A DNA stretch of 64,000 nt from an uncultured Bdellovibrionales bacterium (GCA_964505555.1 CAZDIO010000026.1:2924-66923); one strand, 5' to 3'. Shown: positions 47,538 to 57,612, counted from the first letter of the stretch. Numbers and translations are program-made. Notes: generated from the letters alone by a model not told the origin.

Positions 47538-48929
47538 ATGGAGATGTATCAAATGGATAATGAAAAAGCGCATGTACTATTTATTGATGACGAGGAAACC
47601 TTCACACGACAACTTATTCGATCAGCAGCGCTGCGACGCTCTGCGTTCGAATGCCATTCAGCCAACAACGAAACCCAAGCCATTCAGGTCGCGGAGCGTA
47701 TCAAACCGGACGTGATCGTGCTTGACTTGGGTCTCAGTGGCGGCCCTGAAAGTGGATTGTCGCTTATCCCGAAACTTTTCGAAGTGACAGATTGTGCGCG
47801 ATTACTTGTTCTCACCGGACACGGTGACGCGGAATGGGGAATCCGTTCCATCAATGCTGGAGCAGCAAGCTTTGTTCCCAAACCAGTGGACTTCGACCAT
47901 CTCGCAGCACTCATTGATGACGGGATAAACGTTGCTCGGCTAATGCGAGCGACCAGAGGGAAAAACAGCGAGTTACTTGCTGGCATCGCCGCACTTGGGC
48001 TTACCACCCAGAGTGAAAAAATGCTTAAGGCGCTGGAACAAGTTGCCTTCGCTGCTGCGACACCACAACCGGTGCTGCTGTGTGGTGAAACGGGAGTTGG
48101 AAAGGGTCTTGTTGCTCAGGCAATCCACAAGGCAAGTAAGCGACGCAGCCGACCTTTCGTGCGTATGCAGCCGAGCTTTGCTTCGCATGATCTTATTATG
48201 AGCGAACTCTTTGGCCACATGCGGGGATCATTTACCGGTGCAAGCGACTCCCGGACTGGTCTTATCGAAGAAGCTCATGGCGGAACTTTGTTTCTGGACG
48301 AGATCGACACTCTTCCGCAACAAACTCAAATAGCTCTCCTTGAAGTCCTTCAGGAGAAGGAGTTCAAGCGAATGGGGTCCAACAGAACAATAAAGTCAGA
48401 TTTCCGGCTCATCTCTGCAACAAACCTTCCGTTTGAATCACTGTTAGAGGGTTCACGACTGCGGATGGACTTCTACCATCGAATCGCCCACACGGTCATT
48501 CATATTCCCCCTCTTCGTGAACGAAGAGCCGACATCCCGCAACTTGCTCAGGACTACGTGAGCAAGCTTGCTTCAGAGGATGAATGCAGCGTGGTGTACG
48601 GGCTAACGCACGAGGCATGCTCTTGGCTAGCTGCACAACCCTGGCCCGGAAACGTTCGAGAATTACACGCAATGGTAGAGCGCGGCTATTCACAAGCGCA
48701 TTACTTTGCCCGTCGTTCAATTCGAGTCTCCGATTTCCAAGCGCCACCACCTCCCAAATTCGAAAACGGAGGAACATCACTCTCCGAACAGTTGCATATA
48801 TACGAGCTAACCATCGTGAGTTCTGTGTTTGCGAAGACCGGGCACAATTACACGGAAACTGCAAAAGCTTTGGGAATCGATCGGAAACGGCTTAAGAGAA
48901 TACTCGCGAGGACGGAATGTCATTTGTGA
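47538..48929 (+). CDS. sigma-54-dependent response regulator (NtrC family bEBP)
   Basis: Receiver domain ('VLFIDDE', 'VIVLDLGL'). AAA+ domain with 'LLCGETGVGKGLVA', 'GSFTGA' (a GAFTGA variant) and 'GGTLFLDEID'. C-terminal HTH 'TAKALGIDRKRLKRIL'. Confidence 0.85.
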   Translation: MEMYQMDNEKAHVLFIDDEETFTRQLIRSAALRRSAFECHSANNETQAIQVAERIKPDVIVLDLGLSGGPESGLSLIPKLFEVTDCARLLVLTGHGDAEWGIRSINAGAASFVPKPVDFDHLAALIDDGINVARLMRATRGKNSELLAGIAALGLTTQSEKMLKALEQVAFAAATPQPVLLCGETGVGKGLVAQAIHKASKRRSRPFVRMQPSFASHDLIMSELFGHMRGSFTGASDSRTGLIEEAHGGTLFLDEIDTLPQQTQIALLEVLQEKEFKRMGSNRTIKSDFRLISATNLPFESLLEGSRLRMDFYHRIAHTVIHIPPLRERRADIPQLAQDYVSKLASEDECSVVYGLTHEACSWLAAQPWPGNVRELHAMVERGYSQAHYFARRSIRVSDFQAPPPPKFENGGTSLSEQLHIYELTIVSSVFAKTGHNYTETAKALGIDRKRLKRILARTECHL

Positions 48930-49132
48930 AACAGTTTGTAGACAGCGGATTGTCTGAGGATAATCGCTGTCTTGTCACCGAACTGGAAAGGCTGTTGCAA
49001 AACGATTCAACTAATCGTAGCGCAGCAGCTTTTGTGCTCACGCTGGTGGCAGAAGGCCGTATTACTGCTGAATCGGCGCGATCAATTTATGGCGAAGCAA
49101 TATGCCGCGTATACTTTCGCGATAAGAAATGA
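48917..49132 (+). CDS. hypothetical 71-aa protein
   Basis: The ORF overlaps the regulator stop by 13 nt. No recognisable motif. Confidence 0.3.
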   Translation: MSFVKQFVDSGLSEDNRCLVTELERLLQNDSTNRSAAAFVLTLVAEGRITAESARSIYGEAICRVYFRDKK

Positions 49133-49141
49133 GCAAGATCA

Positions 49142-49690
49142 ATGTTTAGATTTCCAAAACGACGGATCCTCTCTCTCGAAGAAGCATTGTCCGTTGTAAC
49201 TTCAAAAAGTGTCGTGAAACGCGCGCTCCAGAGCGAAGATGGAGACGCGCGTCACCTACTCTACCTAGTCGCACGCGAATCGGGACGAGACGAAGAAACA
49301 GTGCTTCGAGATGTTGCGGACGTTCTTAATATGGAGTGCATAGTAAACATATGCGCTCCTAATGCGGAACAAATAGACATGACTGGCTACACTATCGCTT
49401 TTTTAAAAACCATCTGCGCGATTCCTCAGCCGTCATCGCCCATATACAAACTCGCTGTTTCCAATCCAGCAAAAATAGACTTTGCGCACTTCCAATCACT
49501 TGGCATTACCATCGCTCTAGCCAGCTCTACGAAAATTGACAGCGCATGGACAAACTATTTGGCCAATTCAATGGAGCAAAGCGAAGGAACTCTTTTCCAC
49601 GAATATCGCGAGCATACAAAACTCATTCAACATAAGGAGTGCCGTACTCGTGGCGAAATTCTTTTTCCCATCCAGCATCACAGGAATTGA
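49142..49690 (+). CDS. stand-alone GspE-N/MshEN-like domain protein (tentative)
   Basis: The layout '...LLYLVARESGRDEETVLRDVADVLNMECIV...IDM...FLKTICAIPQP...YKLAVSNPAKIDFAHFQSLGITIALASSTKIDSAWTNY' parallels the T2SSE N-terminal domain (lg-l-fvdl ... vlPl ... l-vamadP-d ... g--v-- ... I--a---y). Confidence 0.35.
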   Translation: MFRFPKRRILSLEEALSVVTSKSVVKRALQSEDGDARHLLYLVARESGRDEETVLRDVADVLNMECIVNICAPNAEQIDMTGYTIAFLKTICAIPQPSSPIYKLAVSNPAKIDFAHFQSLGITIALASSTKIDSAWTNYLANSMEQSEGTLFHEYREHTKLIQHKECRTRGEILFPIQHHRN

Positions 49691-49742
49691 ATGTTGAGAG
49701 TAGATTTTTGATTTCATCAAAGCTCATATTCTTTAAGACCAC

Positions 49743-52700
49743 TTAGGCGGACGAAAGCGCTTCCCTTACTGCTTCGAGGTTTCGGCAACGGGTTTTCTCA
49801 ATATCAAGAAGATCCACCGGCCCGACATGGAATTTACGAAGCAACTCAGAAACCTGAGCAGCTTCTTTCAATTCTATTTCGTCACGTTTTGCCGACGCCT
49901 TAGCATCACCATCGAAGCGTGCGTTGGTAAACGCAACTAACGCTGGATTGCGCTTCTTTAGATTTGAACTAAAGAGTTTTGCCCGATAATATTCAACTCC
50001 ATCAATTAAATCTCTGATAGCGTCAGATCCAACTTGAATGCCACCTGAATACTTGCACTGCACAAGAATCAGCTCTTTAAGATTGATAGCGATGAGATCA
50101 ACCCCCATGTCCCCGGCCAATGGAGTCAGAACAATGGAATATCCCTGCCTGGCAAAAAGGGTCGCTATAAGCGCCTCGAACTGATGGCCAGAGAATCCTC
50201 TTGTAGAATCGACCGAATTGAATCGAGCAACAGGTGCTGTGCTAATCTTTGTAGGTGGCTCGTCACCGAAGGAATCGATAATCTCTTGTTCAGATACCAC
50301 ACCACGGTTGGAAGGAACCAGAAAATCTCGCGCAACTTTTTTCTTCTCTGAAAGAAGACTGTCTAATTTCTCATCAAATGATTTGAACTGCTTGAGCGGA
50401 TCAACGGATATGGGATAGTAAACGATGACGTCTTTCCGTTGCCCTATTCGATACGCTCGATCTGTTGCCTGTGCTTCCTTTGCAGGGTTCCACCATCGGC
50501 TATAATGAATAACATGATTCGCCGCTGTAATAGTTAAACCAACACCAGCCACCCGAGGAGAAAGAACAATCAAGTTAAAACCCTTTTTGCTGGAAAAATC
50601 CGCAATGGTCTGTTTTCTATTCTCACGTTGAACAAAACGTTCGGAATCAGCAGCCCCATTGATAACATCAATTTTAAGATTGAAATAAGCACCTAAAACT
50701 TCCGCTAGAATCACTTGCATAGCCTGAAAGTCGGCGAAGATAAGAGCTTTCTCTCCGGCCTTCTTAACTTCCTCAATGATAGAGATCACCGACTGAAGTT
50801 TATTCGAGGCTTTAATGTAAACATTAGGGTCATCAATGGGCTTCAAGCCTTCCAGCAAACTAGGATGCATATAGAGTTTTTTTAAAGAGGAAAGAAGACT
50901 CAAGTGATGCGCTTGATCCTTCGACTCTCGGAGATGTTTGATCAACTGAACATGGAATTCTCTTTGCTCAACTGTCAAAGGACTTTCGATACGCTTCTCA
51001 ATTTTGCGGGGCAAGTCAGTAAGCTCTTGCTCCTTTTCTCGTCGAAGAATGAAAGCGTCCTGATGGTCATATCGAAGACACCCACGAAGTTCACTTGTAA
51101 GCGCTCCTCGCTGTTCTTCGGTGAGTTCATCCAAATCCCTCTCATATCGGGTCGAGAAGTCCTTACTTGATCCCAAAAGCGTACCCGGTTGAAAGTAATC
51201 TACTAAGTTCCAAAGATCGAGGAGACGATTTTCGACTGGGGTTCCTGTGGATACTATTTTGAAAACTGCTTTTAATGCCTTTAGCGCATCTGACCTCGCA
51301 TTTTGTTCCTTAAACTCCTGCGCCTCATCTGTTACGATTATCGACCACGGAATACGACCAAACGAATGCTGATAATTCTTGATAGTGTCATAGTTGGTGA
51401 TAATGATCCGATGCTCACGAAGTGCAGCCACATCTAACCTCGGAACACCCAACTGAATCTCACGCCCCTTCTCAGCAGGGATTAGGAATCGCCGAAGCCC
51501 TTTATCATGAAGAACTAAGAGAGGTTCAAATACATCATTCGCAAAGTATCTCTCAGCTTCCTCTTTCCAATTCTCCAGTAATATCAAAGGAGCAACGATT
51601 AAGATCGGCTCCCAGGGGCCCGTAGACGCACCTAGAGCATCGCTGTATCCATCTTCTACGCACCAAGCTAGAAAAGTCAGGATCTGCAGAGTCTTTCCAA
51701 GACCCATATCGTCGGCTAAAAGACAACCACGACGAATATCTCTGTTCCGAAAGAGATTTTGCAGCCAACATATGCCACGTTTTTGATGTTCCTTGAGAAT
51801 CAGAGGCTGTTCGATTCCAATCTGATCCCGAAAGGTTTTCCGTAAAGCACGAGGGAGGACAACTTCTCCCGAGTAGGTAGGCAATGTTTCAACTAGGCCA
51901 CCCTCCTGATATTCGGAAGCCTCTTCATTCGCATAAATTAGAAGATACTTCGACTTTTTTAACGAAGTTGTTGGAGATGCCTTTCCTGAGAATGGCATGA
52001 TAATTCCAGTGACAACTTGCTGAATCTCATCGAGACCGCCAGTTAAGACATCATCGATAAGTATCTTGTGTCCTTTGTAGTCTATGGTTGATTTTCCTTC
52101 CTTGACCGCTTCTTGGACTACGTGGACAAGTTCAACGATTTCCTGCTCTTTGGTCAGAGGGATGATGCGCTCCTCATCGTTCACTTCAATTCTTATCCCA
52201 CAGGAAACGTTAGCGTCACCTAAGCTCGCAGAATCTCCCCAGTCTCGACTTAAACGGCTCAAGAATATTCTTGCCCGTAAAGGAGGATCGCCGATACCTC
52301 GAACTCTTGGGCCAAAGACACTTAGATCCACAACATTTCGATCTGTGCCGTCACTTAGACAGCTCATTACATCAGCGAGTATTCTTTCTTTGGTCTCTCC
52401 ACCAACGTGACGTACTTTTTGAATATCACGAAGGACAGATATTATCTTTTCAGAAAGGACAACCCTCAACCGCCTGTTATTAGGCAAGCTAAGGTCATAA
52501 ACCGGTTGAACTTCACTAAATTGAAGAAAGGCGCGTTCCATTTCACGGTCTGGGACTCCCTCAAATCGTGGAACGAGAGAGAGAAGTCCCGCAGTATCAA
52601 AACTTACGTCTATCTGCACCTTTTGCGGAAGCATTACCTCTTCCGACTGAAGGTAATTGTCTAGCTCAATTCCATTGAGAATAGATTTTATCTCAGCCAA

Positions 52701-53237
52701 TACAACCAGCGCAGCTTCTTTTGTTTTCTCCAGGGCGGTTAGTGAATTAAATCGATCCAGTGACTCAAGTAATTCAAAAGTCTTGGGTGCTAAACGAAAG
52801 TTTGAGCGAGACCGCCGTACAAACGCACCATATCGCTCTACGAAAACCTGTTGCCTGCCTAGAAAGAAACGATAGGCAAATGAAAAATCTTTCGATCCAA
52901 TAAATCCTTCTGCAGACAAGGATATTGAGAATGGTGCCCAAGAAACGAGGTTCTCAAAAAACTCTATGCCTTCCGCTTCAAGTTTAGGTAACGACTGATA
53001 TGGAATAACTATACGCAAGTCTTCCGCTTGAACTAATTCTTGTTCAATAAGTTGCTCGATTAGCTGTCCTAACGCTTTTCCTTTGCTATTAATGCCAGCA
53101 AGACCTTCCCATGTTTCTCGTTTCGATAACGGTTTCGGTGCAGTGCTCTCTCGCCACTCTATCGCAAGGAAAGAACGATGGGCTTTGAGCAATACATCGT
53201 TACTCAGTAATTCAATATCTAAACCAATCTCACTCAT
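49743..53237 (-). CDS. zorD: ZorD-like SNF2-family helicase with C-terminal Mrr-like restriction endonuclease domain
   Basis: SNF2 motifs 'LLADDMGLGKTLQ', 'IIVTDEAQEFK', 'STGTPVENRLLDLWNLVDYFQPG' and 'QATDRAYRIGQ'. The C-terminal 'FEALIATLFARQGYSIVLTPLAGDMGVDLIAIN...LVQCKY' is Mrr_cat-like. About 480 aa at the N-terminus are unassigned. Confidence 0.8.
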   Translation of the reverse strand: MSEIGLDIELLSNDVLLKAHRSFLAIEWRESTAPKPLSKRETWEGLAGINSKGKALGQLIEQLIEQELVQAEDLRIVIPYQSLPKLEAEGIEFFENLVSWAPFSISLSAEGFIGSKDFSFAYRFFLGRQQVFVERYGAFVRRSRSNFRLAPKTFELLESLDRFNSLTALEKTKEAALVVLAEIKSILNGIELDNYLQSEEVMLPQKVQIDVSFDTAGLLSLVPRFEGVPDREMERAFLQFSEVQPVYDLSLPNNRRLRVVLSEKIISVLRDIQKVRHVGGETKERILADVMSCLSDGTDRNVVDLSVFGPRVRGIGDPPLRARIFLSRLSRDWGDSASLGDANVSCGIRIEVNDEERIIPLTKEQEIVELVHVVQEAVKEGKSTIDYKGHKILIDDVLTGGLDEIQQVVTGIIMPFSGKASPTTSLKKSKYLLIYANEEASEYQEGGLVETLPTYSGEVVLPRALRKTFRDQIGIEQPLILKEHQKRGICWLQNLFRNRDIRRGCLLADDMGLGKTLQILTFLAWCVEDGYSDALGASTGPWEPILIVAPLILLENWKEEAERYFANDVFEPLLVLHDKGLRRFLIPAEKGREIQLGVPRLDVAALREHRIIITNYDTIKNYQHSFGRIPWSIIVTDEAQEFKEQNARSDALKALKAVFKIVSTGTPVENRLLDLWNLVDYFQPGTLLGSSKDFSTRYERDLDELTEEQRGALTSELRGCLRYDHQDAFILRREKEQELTDLPRKIEKRIESPLTVEQREFHVQLIKHLRESKDQAHHLSLLSSLKKLYMHPSLLEGLKPIDDPNVYIKASNKLQSVISIIEEVKKAGEKALIFADFQAMQVILAEVLGAYFNLKIDVINGAADSERFVQRENRKQTIADFSSKKGFNLIVLSPRVAGVGLTITAANHVIHYSRWWNPAKEAQATDRAYRIGQRKDVIVYYPISVDPLKQFKSFDEKLDSLLSEKKKVARDFLVPSNRGVVSEQEIIDSFGDEPPTKISTAPVARFNSVDSTRGFSGHQFEALIATLFARQGYSIVLTPLAGDMGVDLIAINLKELILVQCKYSGGIQVGSDAIRDLIDGVEYYRAKLFSSNLKKRNPALVAFTNARFDGDAKASAKRDEIELKEAAQVSELLRKFHVGPVDLLDIEKTRCRNLEAVREALSSA

Positions 53238-54575
53238 TTATGCTCTCCTGATACCGTTTCTTGAGAGAATTGTACGAGTGTTACTTTTCCAGTCCCGGAC
53301 TGAACGAGTTATACGCTCCAACGCTTTTTCGGCGTTCTTCAAGGTATGAATACTCTCTCCTGCTTTCCAAAAGTTCTGCACGATTGAATCAAACTCACGC
53401 CGTCGATACATGTAACAGGCGTTTCCAATTTGATTAAACTCCACAACCACCAGTTCACCAAAATCAAGGATAAAACAACATGTATCATTATTGTCTTGGA
53501 GCTCACCATATGAACGTCCTCGTTCTTCAAGGTCCTTCAGTTTTACAGCGTGTTTCTTTCTATCGGAGGGACACAGTAACGCTCGAGATCGTTTCACAAC
53601 TGGCACATATTCAAGCCAAAACGATTTTCGATTATGCCGATCTTCTCGATCTTTAATCAAAAGCTCAAAAAAGAAATTGATATCTTCACGAGAGAGCCAT
53701 TGTATGAATCGTTGCGTTGCCTCGTCTCTGACACCTGTCCATGGATTAATACGAGGGTCTCCGAAGCCCTCCTTCTTCATGCAAAAGTCAATAATCAAAC
53801 CTTGCAGTGCTTCGTTCCTATTTACTTCGGGATCGAGAATCAGGCTTGCAAGTGTCTCTTTGAGCGTCTCCTGCTCGATGAGAGGACTCGAAAGAACTGA
53901 AAAAAGAAAGACATTCCGTTGTGGGTCGTTGAGCTTTCCAAAATCAGAAGTATAGGATTCAACACAATGTCGAGCCGCTAACCGCAAAAAAGGACTTTCT
54001 TCGAGAATTCCGATCTCTTTTGCGAATGACTCAATACTTTTCGATGATCCTCGGATATGGACTCCGAGTCTCGAAGGAGCTTGTTGACCTAGTAAAGCAT
54101 CGAGGTAGCCAAGCCATTTTCTTATTCTCGGATCGCTCTTCTCAAAATGAGAAAGACGATTAAAAAGAAATGTCTCAAGTTCTCGATTAAGACATAATTG
54201 AGTAAAGTTTGCATGATACGAGTTGAGAAGGGCTTTTATTGCCTGACCTCCAACGTAAAACGAACCGTCCAAAATATTTCCAATGAATCTTTCATGACCA
54301 ACAACTTCAGAAATCCAGCAAAGACATCTTATTTCGCGTGGAGCAAACGACACTTGATTGCCACTGATATATTCTGACCAACGCTCGTGCGCTTTGTCAG
54401 TCAACGATGGAGGTAAATTATCTGAGACAACTGCATCCAGAGATTGCACTGCTTCATCGAGAACTCGATTTTTAAAAACATCTGTTACAAATGGCAAGTG
54501 ATCATCCCCGTCTCGCAGCATGGTAATACTTTGAAGACGTTCAATGGCTCTATGGATATGGAGAGATAACATCAT
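53238..54575 (-). CDS. zorC: ZorC-like protein (EH-signature-domain position)
   Basis: 445 aa, abutting zorD (stop and start adjacent). It occupies the ZorC slot between a MotB-like and an SNF2 gene. The C-terminal 'FWLEYVP...CCFILDFGELVVVEFNQIGNACYMY' is reminiscent of the EH_Signature domain. This is assigned by context and not verified. Confidence 0.55.
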   Translation of the reverse strand: MMLSLHIHRAIERLQSITMLRDGDDHLPFVTDVFKNRVLDEAVQSLDAVVSDNLPPSLTDKAHERWSEYISGNQVSFAPREIRCLCWISEVVGHERFIGNILDGSFYVGGQAIKALLNSYHANFTQLCLNRELETFLFNRLSHFEKSDPRIRKWLGYLDALLGQQAPSRLGVHIRGSSKSIESFAKEIGILEESPFLRLAARHCVESYTSDFGKLNDPQRNVFLFSVLSSPLIEQETLKETLASLILDPEVNRNEALQGLIIDFCMKKEGFGDPRINPWTGVRDEATQRFIQWLSREDINFFFELLIKDREDRHNRKSFWLEYVPVVKRSRALLCPSDRKKHAVKLKDLEERGRSYGELQDNNDTCCFILDFGELVVVEFNQIGNACYMYRRREFDSIVQNFWKAGESIHTLKNAEKALERITRSVRDWKSNTRTILSRNGIRRA

Positions 54576-54587
54576 CCCTATATTCCT

Positions 54588-55268
54588 TCAGTCGAGCTCA
54601 ACGGATTGAACGGCATCTTGAATTTTCTTTTCTTCAAGGCTCTTTACTCGGATCTTAAATTCAACCTTTCGGCACCTTTCTTTTTCAGGTTCAAGTGAAG
54701 TTAATTCTGCTTTACATTCGCGCTCCCCGCGACCACTGGCTGAAGACAAATCAAGAAAACAACTATGATTATTTCCGGCGTTCCGAAGCATCGACTTCAT
54801 TACGACTAACGACCGATCTTGACTCAGTCTAAGATTAAAATATGGGTCATTCGGGTTCTGGTCTGGGTCAGTATGCCCTTCTATCACAATGGAGCTAAGT
54901 GCATCCTTAAGCTCATCACTGCACACGATAGACAATAGTTTAGGAGTTAATTCTCCAAGAAACTGTTCTCCAATTTCTTTAAGAATCGCTCGACTTTTGT
55001 CGAACTGAATCCATTTTTCCGGCACGATGACTATTAATGTGTACGGATCTTTTGCATCTTCGATGACGCTGACGCCTTCAAATGCATCACCCTGAAAAAC
55101 ATTCTTGAGTGCTTCTTCGATCGTTTGCTTAACAGTTTTACGATTTGATTCAGCAGCGTGTTGATCGTTACGGATGTAATTAACCAAGAGCAGGACGAAG
55201 ATGACCATCAAGCTTGTCATCATGTCTGTGAGAGAACTATTAAATGCAGAATGGCTAGTGTCACTCAT
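54588..55268 (-). CDS. zorB: ZorB-like MotB/OmpA-family stator subunit
   Basis: The N-terminal TM 'LTDMMTSLMVIFVLLLV' carries the conserved MotB-type Asp. The OmpA-like C-domain is 'VIEGHTDPD...NLRLSQDRSLVV'. It overlaps the zorA stop by 1 nt. Confidence 0.75.
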   Translation of the reverse strand: MSDTSHSAFNSSLTDMMTSLMVIFVLLLVNYIRNDQHAAESNRKTVKQTIEEALKNVFQGDAFEGVSVIEDAKDPYTLIVIVPEKWIQFDKSRAILKEIGEQFLGELTPKLLSIVCSDELKDALSSIVIEGHTDPDQNPNDPYFNLRLSQDRSLVVMKSMLRNAGNNHSCFLDLSSASGRGERECKAELTSLEPEKERCRKVEFKIRVKSLEEKKIQDAVQSVELD

Positions 55269-57190
55269 TAGTTAATACTTTTTGCTTTGGATGACGCCTC
55301 CATAAGATCGTCCAAACTGTCGTTCAACTGCTGCACTGTACCGCCGAGCTTTGAGGTAGCATTTCCGAGAAAGTTATCGAATTGCGCAAGATTGCTCTCC
55401 AATCCGGATTTAACCTTTGAAGTATAATTTTCGAGACTTGTCGCAATCTGACTCAAGAGCGCACCTATCGACTTATCCAATTCCGCGAAGGTTCTCTGAT
55501 ATTGTGTTAAGAGATCACTTTGTTGTGTAATAACAGCAGCGAGTTGTTGAAAATTTGACCGGGCAAGGTCCGCTACAGTGTTGGTGTTATCTTGGAGCTT
55601 ATTGGCCTGTTCTACAGTTGTATTGAGGGTCTGTATGCCCGAGTGTAACGAGTTAGCTCCGTCGTCCATTTTCGTGAGCGTTGAACTCCCTCGTTGAACA
55701 GCGTCTTGAAAGAGCGTCAAGGCTTCGTTGAGAGAATTTTTAGCGCTCTCTATAACTGAAGCGTTCCGGGCTTGCTGCTCCAACAACTCTGCTAGTCTTG
55801 CGGTAGTCTGTGCTGAATGCGTTGAAGTAGTTTCAACAACGTTAGAAACCGTCGATTTGAGAGAGTCCGCAGAGAGATTGATGGACTGTTGTGCCTGCTC
55901 CATCAGCCCTCTGACCAAGGTCGATAATTCTATGGAACGTTTGCTATTCTCTTCAAGTTGCACTCGCGATGACTGCTCTAGGCGCTCTAAAACATTAGTC
56001 ACTGCCTGAGTAAATGATTCGGAAGACGAAGAGGTTGTTTCACGCAACTTTGCGAGAGTGCCTTCCATGACGTTAGCAAGCCGAGACAGATTTTCGCTTC
56101 CAGCTTCAGAATTCTTTGTCATTAATGTTTCGATGTTCTTAATGAGACCATCAAGTGCTTCTTGAGATCGCTCTCCTTGACGATTCATAGATTCAAGCGT
56201 GCTTGTTGTGGAGGATAGTGTCGATGCTAGCGCTTTAAATTCTGAATCCGTCGAGCCCATCAATGTGTTTTTGAATTCTCCGATTATTTTCCCAATCGTG
56301 TCGGTAACAGATTCACTCTTCTGTTTTGTCAGCTCTTCTAAAGCGGTAGCGATTCGAGCAACCAGAGGATCCATTCCTTCCCTGAAGCTTTCTTTCAGAC
56401 GCCCTGAGAGATCGGTGCCAAATTGTTGGAACAAAACTGCTTGCTGTCCAATGTCTCGACGAATGTCGCGAAGCAAATGTTCCGCTGGCATTCGAGCGAA
56501 CCGTCTATCGATTGCACCGATAAAAGCGCGGTAACTTCGATTTAGTGTTTTGGTTATTCTTTTCTCAATCCCGGTAAAAACTGTGGCAAGAATTAAAGCA
56601 GCAATAGAAGAAATGAATTTACCTGATAGACTATAGACAAGTTCCTTTATGCCGGTGATTTCACCATTAACCTCCTTAATATGAGAAAGTCCCATTAATA
56701 TTGCTATGAACGTAAGAAGCAGTCCAAGACTTGTTAGAATCCCTGGAAAAGCAACGTAAAAAGCAGTGCTCACCCTTGCTTCAATGAGTCCTGCTTCATC
56801 AAAATACTCAGAGGCTTGATGTGTGTTAAAAACTTTTGTGTTCTGATCGGCATCAGTCTCGAACAGCAGAGTTTCCTCGAACTCGCTCCACTGCTCTGAA
56901 AGCACGTTATCCTTCGTCAATAATTCTCGAATCTGTTCGATGCCAGTTCCATCCAGCGGCTTATTTCGTGGCGGGATATTCTCGATTTCCCGTCGGAGTT
57001 TCCTGAATTTGACTATCAGGGGACGAGATTCAAAGAAGAACTTAAGGGCGATGCCTATGGTAACGATTGCCAAAACGGCACAAGCAATCCATAAGAATAG
57101 TGGCGCGGTGATTTCGTTTACGTGACATGGCGGATCAAAAAAATTGATTGGAGAATCTTGAATCGCCAAGAGACAGTCTTTTGCTTCCAT
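55268..57190 (-). CDS. zorA: ZorA-like MotA/ExbB-family channel protein with a long coiled-coil tail
   Basis: TM helices at the N-terminus and at 'AFPGILTSLGLLLTFIAILMGL' / 'FISSIAALILATVFTGI'. About 400 aa of heptad-like, S/T/Q/L-rich helical tail follow. Confidence 0.7.
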   Translation of the reverse strand: MEAKDCLLAIQDSPINFFDPPCHVNEITAPLFLWIACAVLAIVTIGIALKFFFESRPLIVKFRKLRREIENIPPRNKPLDGTGIEQIRELLTKDNVLSEQWSEFEETLLFETDADQNTKVFNTHQASEYFDEAGLIEARVSTAFYVAFPGILTSLGLLLTFIAILMGLSHIKEVNGEITGIKELVYSLSGKFISSIAALILATVFTGIEKRITKTLNRSYRAFIGAIDRRFARMPAEHLLRDIRRDIGQQAVLFQQFGTDLSGRLKESFREGMDPLVARIATALEELTKQKSESVTDTIGKIIGEFKNTLMGSTDSEFKALASTLSSTTSTLESMNRQGERSQEALDGLIKNIETLMTKNSEAGSENLSRLANVMEGTLAKLRETTSSSSESFTQAVTNVLERLEQSSRVQLEENSKRSIELSTLVRGLMEQAQQSINLSADSLKSTVSNVVETTSTHSAQTTARLAELLEQQARNASVIESAKNSLNEALTLFQDAVQRGSSTLTKMDDGANSLHSGIQTLNTTVEQANKLQDNTNTVADLARSNFQQLAAVITQQSDLLTQYQRTFAELDKSIGALLSQIATSLENYTSKVKSGLESNLAQFDNFLGNATSKLGGTVQQLNDSLDDLMEASSKAKSIN

Positions 57191-57195
57191 CGTTA

Positions 57196-57519
57196 TTATT
57201 TCCCACTCCTGCCCACAGATTTTTCAAGATTCTGCAGTGCTTCTAAAAATTCCCTAAAATGTTTCTTTTCAAACGAAAAATAGGTTCGAACGCCCTGTGT
57301 TTCTGCTTTAAGTAATCCAACATCTACTAGTTTCTTCAGGTGCCGTGAAACAGTTGCTTGACTAAGAGGCAACTTTTCCACTAACTCAGTACCTATCAAA
57401 GTCGCATGCCGTGCAAGCAATCTAAGAATCGCAACTCGTGCCGGATGACCGAGAGCGTTACACCACAGCGAGAGCTTTTGATCCTCGTTGGAAAAGTTCT
57501 GTGCCTTACGCGCAACCAT
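57196..57519 (-). CDS. ArsR/SmtB-family winged-HTH regulator, first gene of the Zorya operon
   Basis: 'LGHPARVAILRLL...ELVEKLPLSQATVSRHLKKLVDVGLL'. A 5-nt gap separates it from zorA. Confidence 0.75.
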   Translation of the reverse strand: MVARKAQNFSNEDQKLSLWCNALGHPARVAILRLLARHATLIGTELVEKLPLSQATVSRHLKKLVDVGLLKAETQGVRTYFSFEKKHFREFLEALQNLEKSVGRSGK

Positions 57520-57612
57520 ATCGCTATATCCTACTTTGACGATTAAGCATTAAACCTTAAATGCTCGCGCAAATAAAGTGCTAATTCGTCCTTTTCTCCT
57601 AATAATACTAAA

